From: Ostreococcus lucimarinus
Taxonomy: Eukaryota
Assembly: GCA_000092065.1 (NCBI GenBank)
Contig: CP000583.1
Direction: 5' to 3' (one strand)
DNA: 64,000 nucleotides
Shown here: positions 1 to 8,996 of the stretch, piece after piece
How positions within the stretch are numbered: the stretch's first letter is position 1
How the letters are laid out: each line of letters opens with the position of its first letter
Position numbers and translations under genes: made by a program
Notes under the pieces: model-generated
Told to the model about the DNA's origin: nothing
Seen by the model: the letters and a program-made list of their open reading frames with translations, nothing else
The model's database searches: none

Positions 1-1317
1 GCACATCGAACAGCACATGGCAACATAAGCCACCGCCGCGGCGTCGGCTGGTTCGTGCACGACCAAGCCGCGAGAGTCTAAAATTTCCCCATTCTGTGCG
101 TAAGCCTCGCCGCGAATACCGTAGTTGGTAACTTCTGCGGTGCTCGAATTTTCGATGACGCACATGCGCATCACAGTCATGACGTTGCACGTCAGCGTAC
201 CCGTTTTATCGCTACAAATAACCGAAGTGCACCCCAAGGTCTCCACGCTAGGAAGCGTTCGCACGAGAGCGTTCTTTTTCGCCATGCGACGCGTGCCGAG
301 GGCGAGACACGTGGTGACGACGGCGGGTAAGCCTTCGGGAATCGCGGCCACGGCAAGCGCGACGGCAATCTTAAAGTAATAAACCGCACCTCGCAGCAAT
401 CCTCCGTGCGCCTTGTCGGCAAAGTGTCCAATGTTCACCACCCACACTAAAATACAAATTACCGCGATGATTTTCCCGAGCAAGTTCCCGAATTCGTCCA
501 ATTTCTTCTTCAGCGGCGTCAATTCCTCCTCCGTCTGCTCGAGCGTGTGTTGAATCTTCCCCATGGCTGTGTTACTACCCGTACCGACCACCACGCACGT
601 AGCCTTACCCACGGTCACCGTGGTCCCACTGTACACCATGCACGTCTTGTCTTGCAGCACGCACTCGCCGAGATGTTCCACCGCCCGTTCCGTCTTCGCC
701 ACGCTTCCGCTCTCCCCCGTCAACAGCGCCTGATCGCACCGCAGGACGTTGGAGTGAATCTTAACCAATCGGCAATCCGCGGGCACCTTTTCTCCCGTCG
801 CAATCTCCACGATGTCTCCGGGCACGAGCGCCTCCGCGTTCACCTTGCGTTTCTCGCCGTCGCGCGTGCACGTGGCGACGTCCGCCTCGTACTTTTTCAA
901 TTCCTCAATCGCGCGCTCCGCGTTCTTCTCCGTCGCCACTCCCACCGCGGCGTTCGCGATTAATATCGCCACGATCACTCCCGGTTCCAGGAACGCCTCC
1001 GAGCCACCCTCACCGTCCCACAGCGCGAGCGCCAACGACACGAACGCCGCGAGCAACAGCACCTTCACCATCGTGTCGTCGAATTGCTTAATCACCAACG
1101 ACGCGAACGACGTCTCCCGCTGCGCCGGCAGCGCGTTCGCCCCGCACGCATCTCTCCGTCGCTGCACGTCCGCGCGATCGAGCCCGTGCGCGAGATCGAG
1201 GACGCCCAACCGCGCCAAGGTTTCAGTCGCGCTCAATCGATGCGCGTCTTCCGCGTGTCTTCGCCACGCCGTCGCCGCCGCCGCGCTCTCGGGATTGACA
1301 TCGCGCGCGTGAGGCAT
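1..1317 (-). CDS. P-type Ca2+-transporting ATPase (SERCA/ECA-type), N-terminal ~439 aa; the gene continues beyond the window start
   Basis: Minus-strand translation from the ATG at 1317..1315 gives MPHARDVNPESAA... The actuator-domain TGES motif is present (...LRCDQALLTGESGSVAK...). So is the phosphorylation motif ...AIPEGLPAVVTTCLALGTRRMAKKNALVRTLPSVETLGCTSVICSDKTGTLTCN... The ORF runs off the window edge, so it is absent from the ORF track. Confidence 0.9.
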   Translation of the reverse strand, partial: MPHARDVNPESAAAATAWRRHAEDAHRLSATETLARLGVLDLAHGLDRADVQRRRDACGANALPAQRETSFASLVIKQFDDTMVKVLLLAAFVSLALALWDGEGGSEAFLEPGVIVAILIANAAVGVATEKNAERAIEELKKYEADVATCTRDGEKRKVNAEALVPGDIVEIATGEKVPADCRLVKIHSNVLRCDQALLTGESGSVAKTERAVEHLGECVLQDKTCMVYSGTTVTVGKATCVVVGTGSNTAMGKIQHTLEQTEEELTPLKKKLDEFGNLLGKIIAVICILVWVVNIGHFADKAHGGLLRGAVYYFKIAVALAVAAIPEGLPAVVTTCLALGTRRMAKKNALVRTLPSVETLGCTSVICSDKTGTLTCNVMTVMRMCVIENSSTAEVTNYGIRGEAYAQNGEILDSRGLVVHEPADAAAVAYVAMCCSMC

Positions 1318-1459
1318 GCTTTCGCGACGCGCGGTCGGCGCGACGCGCGCTCGAGCGACGCGCGCGCGTCGTCGTTCGCGGATAAGCGTCGCCGGGTGTC
1401 CCGTCCAGCCGAACGTTCGGGACGCCCGACCGCAGTGTTCGCCGCGCGCGACGACCGCG

Positions 1460-2047
1460 ATGCCGTCCTCGACGTCCCGCGCGCTCGTCGCGGCGTCCGG
1501 AATCGTTCTGGCGATCGTCGCGAGCGATATCTACGGCGCGTACGCGTCCACGGCGACGGAGACGGCGCCGTCCGAGACGTTTCGCGCGATGTCCCGAGGC
1601 GCCGGGAAAGTCGTCGTCGGGTTTTGCACCTCGTGATCTTACCGCGGCGGGTTCAACCAGCTCGCGCGCGCGATCGAAAATGAATTCGGGATGGCCACGA
1701 CCGGTGGGCACTGGCCGCCGAGCGCGACGGCGGTGGCGCTCGGTCGAGCGTTCTCGTGGGTGCAAATCGCGCTCTGGACGGCTACGTTTTTCGGCGAGCG
1801 GGCGGCGACGCGCGTCTTCGGCGAGAGCGCGGTCGTCCCGGCGTGGTTGAAGTCGATGAGCGAGAATAAGTTTCAAACCGCCATCATGACTTTTTGGGTG
1901 TTCAACATCGTGAGCGCGAACGTGTTGAACACCGGGGCGTTTGAGGTGTTTTACGACGGCGAGCTCGTGTCTTCAAAGTTGCAGAGCGGGAAATTGCCGA
2001 GGGTCGATACGATATTCGAAGGGATTCGCGCGATTCAGGGGAAGTAG
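1460..2047 (+). CDS. SELENOT: Selenoprotein T (SelT/Rdx family) with an in-frame UGA selenocysteine codon at 1634..1636
   Basis: ORFs 1316..1636 and 1691..2047 are in the same frame and are separated only by TGA. Read-through gives a signal peptide MPSSTSRALVAASGIVLAIVAS followed by ...VVVGFCTS-U-SYRGGFNQLARAIENEF...TGAFEVFYDGELVSSKLQSGKLP. This matches the SelT CxxU redox motif (human ...QICVSUGYRRVFEEY...) and the C-terminus (STGAFEITLNDVPVWSKLESGHLP). Confidence 0.8.
1634..1636 (+). other. UGA selenocysteine codon (Cxx-U) of SelT
   Basis: TGA lies inside the conserved thioredoxin-like CxxU motif (F-C-T-S-TGA-S-Y-R). The upstream and downstream ORFs are in frame. Confidence 0.75.
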
Positions 2048-2119
2048 TGTCATCGCATGGAACGATGAGATGCGATGCTCGTCGTGGTTAGCGATGCGAT
2101 GGGCGCGCGGGATGAAACG

Positions 2120-2185
2120 AACGGTGACGACGCGCGCGGAAAACTCGGTCGAAGAAATCGGCCAGTCGCGCGCGTTTGACTTCTT
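2120..2185 (+). promoter_or_regulatory. Tentative SECIS-like stem-loop in the SelT 3'UTR (non-canonical GUGA quartet)
   Basis: GTGA at 2123 is followed by 12 nt (cgacgcgcgcgg) and then AAAA at 2139. A CGCGCGCG helix can pair with 2164-2171, and a TTTGA follows at 2175-2179. This was built by eye; no canonical AUGA-type SECIS was found in 2048..2430. Confidence 0.15.
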
Positions 2186-2430
2186 CGGTTCGTCCACGCG
2201 CTTCGCTCGTCGTCGTCGTCTGGAAGATGAATCAATATATCATCATCATGTAATAAAAACTAACGTAGTTCTCTCGCGCGAATAAAACTAACGTAGTTCT
2301 CTCGTGCGAGTCGAAGACCGACCGCGGGGCGATGATGGGCGACGTCGACGGCGCTCGCGCGGCGCGTTCGTCGCTCAAATTTTATATAACGACCTTGCCG
2401 TCGAAAATTACAACGCTAAACCGTAAGTGA

Positions 2431-3005
2431 TTACCACGGGATCGGACGGAACTCCTCGTCGCTGCCGTCACCGAGCGTCTTTTGCGCGAGCAAGAACGTC
2501 GGGGCGGTGGACAAGAAGGCGATGAAGGCGACGGCTTCGCCGCCGACGGAGCTCGTGAACAAGTTGACGGCTTGCGGGTTGGCCATGTGCGCCTCCAAGC
2601 CCTCCAACGGGGAGAGACCGGTGACGGCGTATTGGGAAACCATACCGAGGAACGCAACCATCGCGAGGCGCGCGTTCTTCACTTCCTTCACGCGCTTGTC
2701 CGGAGCATCGAGTCCAGCCGGGTCGAACGGGAACGCGTTCAACACGCCGGATTCGCCCGACTTCATGAAACCGCGCGTGCGCGCCGCCTCGAGAATGCTC
2801 ATCGCCACGACTTGGAACCCGACGAGCTGTTGGAAGTCCATACCGTAATCCACGGCACCGGCTTCCCACCACTTCGGCAAACCAACCGCGTCGGTGAACA
2901 AAATACCCGCCGTCGCCGCCATGGCCCAGCGCCCGTTCATGAGCTCCGCCTCTTGCAAGTACGGCAGCGTCTCCGGGTTCGCCCCGAGTCGCAACGGGTC
3001 AAAGC
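2431..3005 (-). CDS. Light-harvesting chlorophyll a/b-binding protein (LHC family), exon 2 including the stop codon
   Basis: The translation GFDPLRLGANPETLPYLQEAELMNGRWAMAATAGILFTD...KNARLAMVAFLGMVSQYAVTG... shows the LHC helix-1 and helix-3 signatures. The AG acceptor is at 3007..3006. Confidence 0.85.
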
Positions 3006-3217
3006 CTGCGCGCGCACCGCATCCGTCAGTCACACATCCACGCGCGCCTCCATTCGTCCCGCGTCCCGCCCTCTTCCGCTCGCGTAGGCGCGTCTCCCCG
3101 CGCCGCCGCCCCGCGCGTCCGCCGCCTTCGAATCGCCATCCCAGCCGTATCCGACCGTATCGTATCTCCCATCGCCCGCCATCGCGCGCGTCCTCGCGCG
3201 TCGCTCGCGTCGCGCAC
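3006..3217 (-). other. Intron of the LHC gene (212 nt, GT..AG)
   Basis: The donor is G|GTGCGCG at 3217. There is a CTGAC branch-like motif about 20 nt upstream of the acceptor ..GCGCAG|. The position is defined by homology: the ORF frame switches between PGDYG and FDPL. Confidence 0.65.
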
Positions 3218-3401
3218 CGTAATCGCCGGCCATCGTCCCATCGAGATATTTCGGCGCCACCGCTCCCGGGTACCACAGCTCGCGGTCCGCGTTCGCCGCG
3301 CGCGCGGCGACGCGCGCGCGCGGCGCGCGCGTCGTCGATCGCGCGTCGACGATCGTCGCGCGGTTCGCGATGGCGTGTCGAGCCGTCGTGAGGGAGAACA
3401 T
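3218..3401 (-). CDS. LHC protein, exon 1 (transit peptide and N-terminal region)
   Basis: MFSLTTARHAIANR...RELWYPGAVAPKYLDGTMAGDYG is the typical LHC N-terminus (PGDYG then FDPLGL). The exon ends in phase 1 before the GTGCGCG donor. Joining the two exons restores ...GDYGFDPL... Confidence 0.75.
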
Positions 3402-3655
3402 CGCGTTCGTCGGGTGTTCGCGCGCGAGAATTTACGCGTTCACGGGTCCGTCGTCGTCGACGGGTGCGCGCGGCTCGTGCGAGGCGCGGGCGTGTGAAGA
3501 CGCGCGCGCGTCCGCGCGCGGCGCGCGCCAATCCGCGCGCGCGATCCGTCGCGATGGATGGGCCGCGTTCGCGTTTGATCGCCTTCGCGCGCGCTCGAAT
3601 ACGGGGGATTCGAATACGCGCGCGGCTGAGTGTCCGTGTGTGAGACGCACCACGA
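3402..3655. promoter_or_regulatory. Divergent promoter region between the LHC gene (-) and the SET-domain gene (+)
   Basis: This is the intergenic stretch between two opposed start codons. It contains a CCAAT box (gccaatc at ~3530). Confidence 0.35.
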
Positions 3656-5257
3656 TTGAGACGCCGCGCGGCATCGCGACCGCGGACCGCGACGCCGTCG
3701 CGGCGCGGCGCGATGCCGCGCGCGCGCGACGCGCGCGCGCGCGTACGAGCGCTCTTTCTCGCGTGCGTCGTTCTCGCGACGCGCGGCGCGCGCGCGAGCG
3801 ACGCGAAAGCCGACGCGCGAGGACGAGCGCTCGCGCTCGAGCGCTGGGCGCGGACGCCGACGCGACGCTGGGACGCGGCGGCGCGAGAGGAAGACGCGAC
3901 GACGGCCGCGCGCGTGTCGGAATCGATTCGAATCGTCGCGGAGGCGCGAGGCGCGGGTCGAGGCGTGGCGACGACGAGGAACGTGAGCGCGGGGGAGCTC
4001 CTGGCGGAGGTGCCGCTGGAGAAGTGCCTGTGCGCGGCGAGCGCGAGGATGGACGCGCGGCTGTGGCGCGCGATCGGGGCGAGCGGGGCGAGCGGGGACG
4101 CGATATTGGCGGCGCACGTGCTGCGGGAGGCGTTCGATGCGGGATCGAAGAGCGCGTATTGGCCGTGGTTGCGGTTGCTGCCGAGAGACGTGGACAGCAC
4201 GGTGGGGTGGAACGAGGACGAGTTGAGCGAGCTGAGCGGATCGAACGTCGTGGTGTTCACGCGAGCGATCAAGGCGCAGTGGAGGATGGAATACGACGCG
4301 CTCGACGTGCCGACGCTTGGGGAAAAATTTCCAGACGTCTTCGGGGGCGAGCGCGCGGCGCATTACACGTTTGACAAGTTTACGTGGGCGCGGTTTATTA
4401 TTTGGTCGCGCGCGATCGATTTATCCACCGAAAGCGCCGAGGCGCCGACGATTCGCGTGCTGGTACCGTTGTTGGACATGGCGAACCACGCGCCAGGGGG
4501 TAAGTTGCGCCCGGAGTGGGACGCGCGCTCGAACGCGGTCAAGGTGTACGCGGCGAGCGCGTTTCGGGAGCACACGGAATTAAGGTTCAACTACGACACC
4601 AAGCCGTCGCAGTACTTTTTGTTACAATACGGTTTCATTCCGGAAACGAATCCCGCCGAGTGCGTCGAGGCGACGGTGCGCGTGAGCGATCACGACTCCC
4701 TTCGAGACGCCAAAGAGGAGCTCTTACGTCTGCACGGTCTCGATCCGAAGAAGAGAAACTTCGAATGGAAACCGCGAAGTATTGATTACGACTTGCTCGC
4801 GGCGACGCGAGTCATAACTATGGACGAGGCAGAAATGAGCGACGCGACGTCGTTGACGCTCGCCGTCAGTGGCGCCTCGGTGAGCGCCAAGAACGACGCG
4901 CGCACGAAAGCCGTACTCCTCAAATCTTTGGCGAGCTTTTTAGAGTCGTATACGACGACTCTCGCGGAAGACAACGAATACGTCGCACGTGTCGATGACG
5001 AATCGAACGATGAGCCGCTTCCAGGAAAGCGAAAGCGCTTCGCCGTGTTGCTGCGCATGCGCGAAAAGCAAATCTTGCTCGCATCCGCGGACGCCTTGTT
5101 CAAGGAATTACCAGACGAAGATCAAGAGCTCGTGAAGTCGACGTGCGAAGAGATCTTCATGAATGAATTCGACGCGTGCATGACGCGCGCGAACGGGACG
5201 GTGTTCGCGTCGTACGAGAAAAAAACCGAGGAGGAGAGGGTGGATGAATCATCGTAA
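3656..5257 (+). CDS. SET-domain protein-lysine methyltransferase, Rubisco LSMT / SETD3-like
   Basis: GRGVATTRNVSAGELLAEVPLEKCL... is the SET N-region. ...RVLVPLLDMANHAPGG... is the SET core with the Rubisco-LSMT-type substrate-binding C-terminal domain. An alternative start is M19 at 3710, which is followed by the signal/transit-like ALFLACVVLATRGARA. Confidence 0.8.
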   Translation: MRRRAASRPRTATPSRRGAMPRARDARARVRALFLACVVLATRGARASDAKADARGRALALERWARTPTRRWDAAAREEDATTAARVSESIRIVAEARGAGRGVATTRNVSAGELLAEVPLEKCLCAASARMDARLWRAIGASGASGDAILAAHVLREAFDAGSKSAYWPWLRLLPRDVDSTVGWNEDELSELSGSNVVVFTRAIKAQWRMEYDALDVPTLGEKFPDVFGGERAAHYTFDKFTWARFIIWSRAIDLSTESAEAPTIRVLVPLLDMANHAPGGKLRPEWDARSNAVKVYAASAFREHTELRFNYDTKPSQYFLLQYGFIPETNPAECVEATVRVSDHDSLRDAKEELLRLHGLDPKKRNFEWKPRSIDYDLLAATRVITMDEAEMSDATSLTLAVSGASVSAKNDARTKAVLLKSLASFLESYTTTLAEDNEYVARVDDESNDEPLPGKRKRFAVLLRMREKQILLASADALFKELPDEDQELVKSTCEEIFMNEFDACMTRANGTVFASYEKKTEEERVDESS

Positions 5258-5330
5258 ATCGGTATTATGTATCAACACAACATTAACTAGGTGTAGTCAA
5301 AGTAGCTTGTAGCGCAGCGCGTCAAATTAT

Positions 5331-6680
5331 TTAGTAAGGACGGTGTCTGTTATCGCGACCTCGGCCATTGCGTCGGTTGTCTCGTCCACGGCCGCCGCCG
5401 CCGCCGATGGCGTAGGCAACTTGGCCGGTGGGAAGGATGACTGGCGTTGCGTTCACTTGTCTGGCGCCAGACCAAGAGCCGCGCGGGGCGAGACCGCCGC
5501 CGTACTTGGAGTCGCCACTTCTGTATTTAGACCAATCGTCCCGACCACCGCCGCGAGAAGGACCGCCGCGGCCCGAGTTTGGCTCTCGACCTCGATTGCC
5601 GGCGTCCGAGCGGTACGATTTGCGCGACGACATCACCTTGATGGTGGAGCCGTCGACGCTGGAGATGAAGGCACCACCCTTGTCACCTTCGGCCGCGCCT
5701 TCAACCGGTTCGCACTCCGCGAGAGCTTTTTCGACGCTCTCGGCGGAATCGTAAAACACCCAGCCTCTCGTGCGATCTTTTTCCATAATCTGCGTGCCGA
5801 GAATTGTACCGTAACGCTCGAAAGCCTCGCGCAAGCCCTGATCTGTGGCGTTCGCTTCGTTCATCTCGGTGACGTGCAACGTCTTGATTTCGATTTCTTT
5901 CTTCTGCGGTCTTGGTCCGACAAATTCGCACACAAGACCTCTCTTGTCCTTGTCGTCCGCCACGGGCAACTTTTCTTCGCGGTTCGCCGCCATGTTCTTC
6001 ATAAAGCGTTCCGCGCACGCCTCGTTGTAAAACGAAGCCCAACCCCGGCCGCCGTTGTGATCTCCACTTTCAACGACCGCGTTCTCGGCGTTCTTCTTCG
6101 CCGATCGCGGTCGCGAGAGCGCGAAAAACTCCAAACCCGCGCCTCGCGAGCGCAACGCCTCCACGATCTCCTCTCGCGTCGCGTCCTTTCGCAGCCCGGT
6201 CACCATCACCCGATACTTGCTCGGTTTCACGCTCGCCGTAATCTTCATCTTCTTCACCTCGCACTCCGCCTTCGCGATCGCCGCCACCGCGTTCGCCGCG
6301 CTCTCCCTCGAGTCGTACCTCGCGAACGCGTACCCGCGATGCGTCCCCGTCGTCCTATCCGTCACCAATTCGAACCCCGTCGCCCCGCTCTCCGCCCCGC
6401 ACTCCCGCAGCGCCGCGTGCACGTCCTTCTCGCTCGCCTCCGCCGCGATTCCCTTCACGAACACCTCCGTCTCCCGTCCCGGTTTCCCCGCGATCAGCGC
6501 ATCCGTCGCGTCCGATTCCAGAAGCACGCTTCGGCGCTCGTCGAAGTCGTACGCGTCGTCCTCGTCCATCGCCGCCGTCGCCGTTTCGCCTCGCGCGTCG
6601 CGAGTCTCAGTCGTCGTCGCGTCGCGCGCGCGCGTGTGCCGACGCGATCGCGCGCGCGATTCGCGATCGCGCGTCGTCAA
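5331..6680 (-). CDS. RNA-binding protein with three RRM domains and an RGG/Gly-Arg tail (hnRNP R/Q-like)
   Basis: RRM1: EVFVKGIAAEASEKDVHAALRECG...RGYAFARYDS. RRM2: YRVMVTGLRKDATREEIVEAL. RRM3: KTLHVTEMNEANATDQGLREAFERYGTILGTQIMEKDRTRGWVFYDSAESVEKAL. The tail is C-terminal GGGRGRDNRRNGRGRD. The likely true start is M38 (ATG 6569..6567, MDEDDAYDFDE...). Confidence 0.8.
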   Translation of the reverse strand: MTTRDRESRARSRRHTRARDATTTETRDARGETATAAMDEDDAYDFDERRSVLLESDATDALIAGKPGRETEVFVKGIAAEASEKDVHAALRECGAESGATGFELVTDRTTGTHRGYAFARYDSRESAANAVAAIAKAECEVKKMKITASVKPSKYRVMVTGLRKDATREEIVEALRSRGAGLEFFALSRPRSAKKNAENAVVESGDHNGGRGWASFYNEACAERFMKNMAANREEKLPVADDKDKRGLVCEFVGPRPQKKEIEIKTLHVTEMNEANATDQGLREAFERYGTILGTQIMEKDRTRGWVFYDSAESVEKALAECEPVEGAAEGDKGGAFISSVDGSTIKVMSSRKSYRSDAGNRGREPNSGRGGPSRGGGRDDWSKYRSGDSKYGGGLAPRGSWSGARQVNATPVILPTGQVAYAIGGGGGRGRDNRRNGRGRDNRHRPY

Positions 6681-6733
6681 TCGTTTTCGCGGGAACGGCG
6701 CGCGCTACAAAAAGCGACTCGACGACGCGCGCG

Positions 6734-8116
6734 ATGTCGCGCGCGGACGCTCGAAACGCGTACGACGCCATCCTCGACGCGCGCACGCGCGACGCGGCGT
6801 CGATGGAGCGGTTCGCCGCGCTCGCGACGGCGCCGAGCGCGGTGCCGCGCGCCGCCGTCGAAGCGGTCGTCGACGCGGGCGCGCGCGCGGCGCTCGTCGA
6901 CGTGCGCTCGCCGGGAGAGCACGCGCGAGGACGCGCGCCGCGCGCGATAAACGCGCCGCTGTTCGATGACGACGAACGCGCGGCGGTGGGGACGGCGTAC
7001 AAGACGAGAGGACGAGGCGAGGCGCTGGTGCTGGGGATGGCGGCGGCGGCGCCGCGGTTGGAGGCGATCGTGGAGCGCGCGAAGCGAGCGGTGGAGACGG
7101 TGGCGACGACGCGAGGGAACGGTGACGGCGAAGACGATGGTGAGATTGATGTGTACGTGATGTGCTTTCGAGGAGGGATGCGGAGCTCGTGCGTGGGGTG
7201 GTTGTTGAAGGAACGGTTGCGCGGCGCGAGAGTCCACGTGGTCGAGGGCGGATACAAGGCGTTTCGGAGGTGGGCGCTCGAGCGGTGCGGACCGACGCGC
7301 GGATTGCCCGCGCCGAGGGTGTGCGTCGTCGGTGGACGCACGGGGGTGGGGAAGACGCGCGCGCTGTTGGCGCTGCGCGCGAAAGGGGAACAGATTATCG
7401 ATTTAGAGGGGTTGGCGAACCACGCCGGGAGCGCGTTCGGGTGGGTCGGGCGAGAGCCGCAGCCGACTTCGGAGCACTACTCTAATTTAGTCGCCTGCGA
7501 GTGGCACGCGTTGGATGCGAGCAGATGGGTGTTCATCGAGGATGAGGGACCGCACGTCGGGCGGTGCTCGGTGGATCCGTTGTTGTTTGAGCGCATGCGA
7601 AACGCTCCTCTGGTGCTTCGCATGGTCGCCCCGCGCGAGGTGCGGTTGCACACTTTAGTGGAAGATTACGCGACGTCAGAGTTGCGTTCTCATCCGGAAT
7701 GGATGCCCACAATGCGTGAAAGCGTCGATAAGCTCGTCAAGCGGCTCGGTGGCGACCGCGTGCGCGACATTCGAGAAAAGCTCGAAGCCGGCGATTTCAC
7801 CGCCGTCGCCGAAGGTTTGCTCGAGTATTACGACGGTTTGTACGACAAGCACCTCATGAGCAAGCGCAAAGACCGTCGCGCGGCGCGGGCCGCCAACGCC
7901 AACGCCGCCAACGCCAACGCCAACGACGACGCGTGTTCGGTGCAATCCTTCACGTCGTCCACCACCGAAGACGAGGCCCGAGCCGGCGTCGTCGTCGACG
8001 TCAACTGCGTCGCCAACGCCTCGGGTGGCCTCGACGAGGACCTTCTCGTCCGCGATGTTCTGTGCGCCGTCGCTCTGTTCGAATGCGAAGGACCGAACGA
8101 CCCCGAACGCGCGTAG
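6734..8116 (+). CDS. selU: tRNA 2-selenouridine synthase (SelU/MnmH/YbbB family; rhodanese domain plus P-loop)
   Basis: [36 protein letters not shown] aligns with E. coli YbbB [36 protein letters not shown]. The rhodanese Cys loop is CFRGGMRSS. Walker A is [11 protein letters not shown], followed by [13 protein letters not shown]. The conserved [12 protein letters not shown] is present. There is a C-terminal extension of ~90 aa with (AN)n and a Cys-rich tail. Confidence 0.85.
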   Translation: [460 protein letters not shown]

Positions 8117-8270
8117 TCGATTCGATTCGCGTCTCGTCTCGAGCGCCGACTCGAGGCTGACTCAGCACGGTCGTGCCGACACGCTTTGCAATAATCCACG
8201 CGCGAGTTCGTCACAAACGCGCGCGTCTCACGCACGTTCGAACGCGCGAACGCTCAAATCCACGAAAAAG

Positions 8271-8696
8271 ATGTTCTCTCTGTCCTCTACCGCCGCTCTC
8301 GCCCGCGCGCGCGTCTCGGCGCCGCGTAAAACCGCGCGAAAGTTGACGATTCGCGCCTCCGTCAACTACATTCTCGATCGCGAGGGATGTTCGAGCGCGC
8401 GGTCCGACGACGACGGCGCGCTGCTCCAGACGGCGGCGAAGACGTGCCTGGCGGTTCCGATCGACGTGAACGCGCTCGTGGCGCAAAATAAGGGTGACTT
8501 GGAGTTTGAGAACGAGCAGTTGAAGTTTGAGCTCGACGACTCGAGCGCGCTCGTCGTGCAATCGCTCAAAGGCAAAACTCTGATCGACGGGAAAGCGGCG
8601 CCCAAGGGACGAAAATTGAAACTTCGCGCGGGATCGAAGATTAAGATCGCCGACGAGGAATTCACGGTGTATCGAAACACGCACGCGCACGCGTGA
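8271..8696 (+). CDS. Small protein with an N-terminal organellar transit-like sequence and a divergent FHA-like C-terminal half (tentative)
   Basis: MFSLSSTAALARARVSAPRK... is transit-like. ...SLKGKTLIDGKAAPKGRKLKLRAGSKIKIADEEFTVY resembles the FHA S.NGT.VNG....L..GD.I.IG...F.V half. The upstream part of ORF 8025..8696 overlaps the selU 3' end, so the internal M83 was chosen. Confidence 0.35.
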   Translation: MFSLSSTAALARARVSAPRKTARKLTIRASVNYILDREGCSSARSDDDGALLQTAAKTCLAVPIDVNALVAQNKGDLEFENEQLKFELDDSSALVVQSLKGKTLIDGKAAPKGRKLKLRAGSKIKIADEEFTVYRNTHAHA

Positions 8697-8996
8697 GACG
8701 CGAGTCGCCGAACGCGAGTCGCCGAACGCGAATCGAATCAAGACCACACTCTTTGACTCCGCACCTTTTATCGTTGTACCATCGCTGTATAGCTACTAAC
8801 TCTGTTGTAAAACACGAGCGGACCTTACTCGATCACTCAAGTGCTCCACCGCGGATCCGGGGCGTGTGCGGCCGTCGGCGAATGGCGAAAGAATATAAAT
8901 GAATACGTATTAAAATCGATTCGAGTCAATTCATTAATAGGCCAGTTCGGGCTGGTCCACGTACTAATCAAATAATAAGATTTTTACAAGGGGCGT

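Noticed and set aside
1223-1876. 217-aa minus-strand ORF rich in Arg/Asp/Gly (RRRARRPV...), spanning the SelT 5' region
   Set aside because: It is low-complexity and antisense to a gene with strong homology support. It is the typical artefact of stop-codon depletion in GC-rich DNA.
2065-2126. ATGA motifs at 2065 and 2111 as canonical SECIS cores
   Set aside because: There is no AA dinucleotide at the required 9-12 nt distance after 2065. The ATGA at 2111 is only 9 nt from the nearest downstream TGA, too short for helix II and the apical loop.
3370-4374. Multiple overlapping 300-aa ORFs (3370..4374 +, 3440..4363 -) across the 5' part of the SET-domain gene
   Set aside because: They are Arg-rich alternative-frame translations. 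Only frame 3656..5257 gives a SET/LSMT alignment.
5343-6950. 535-aa plus-strand ORF antisense to the RRM protein gene
   Set aside because: Arg/Ala/Leu low complexity with no domain. The opposite strand encodes three clear RRM domains.
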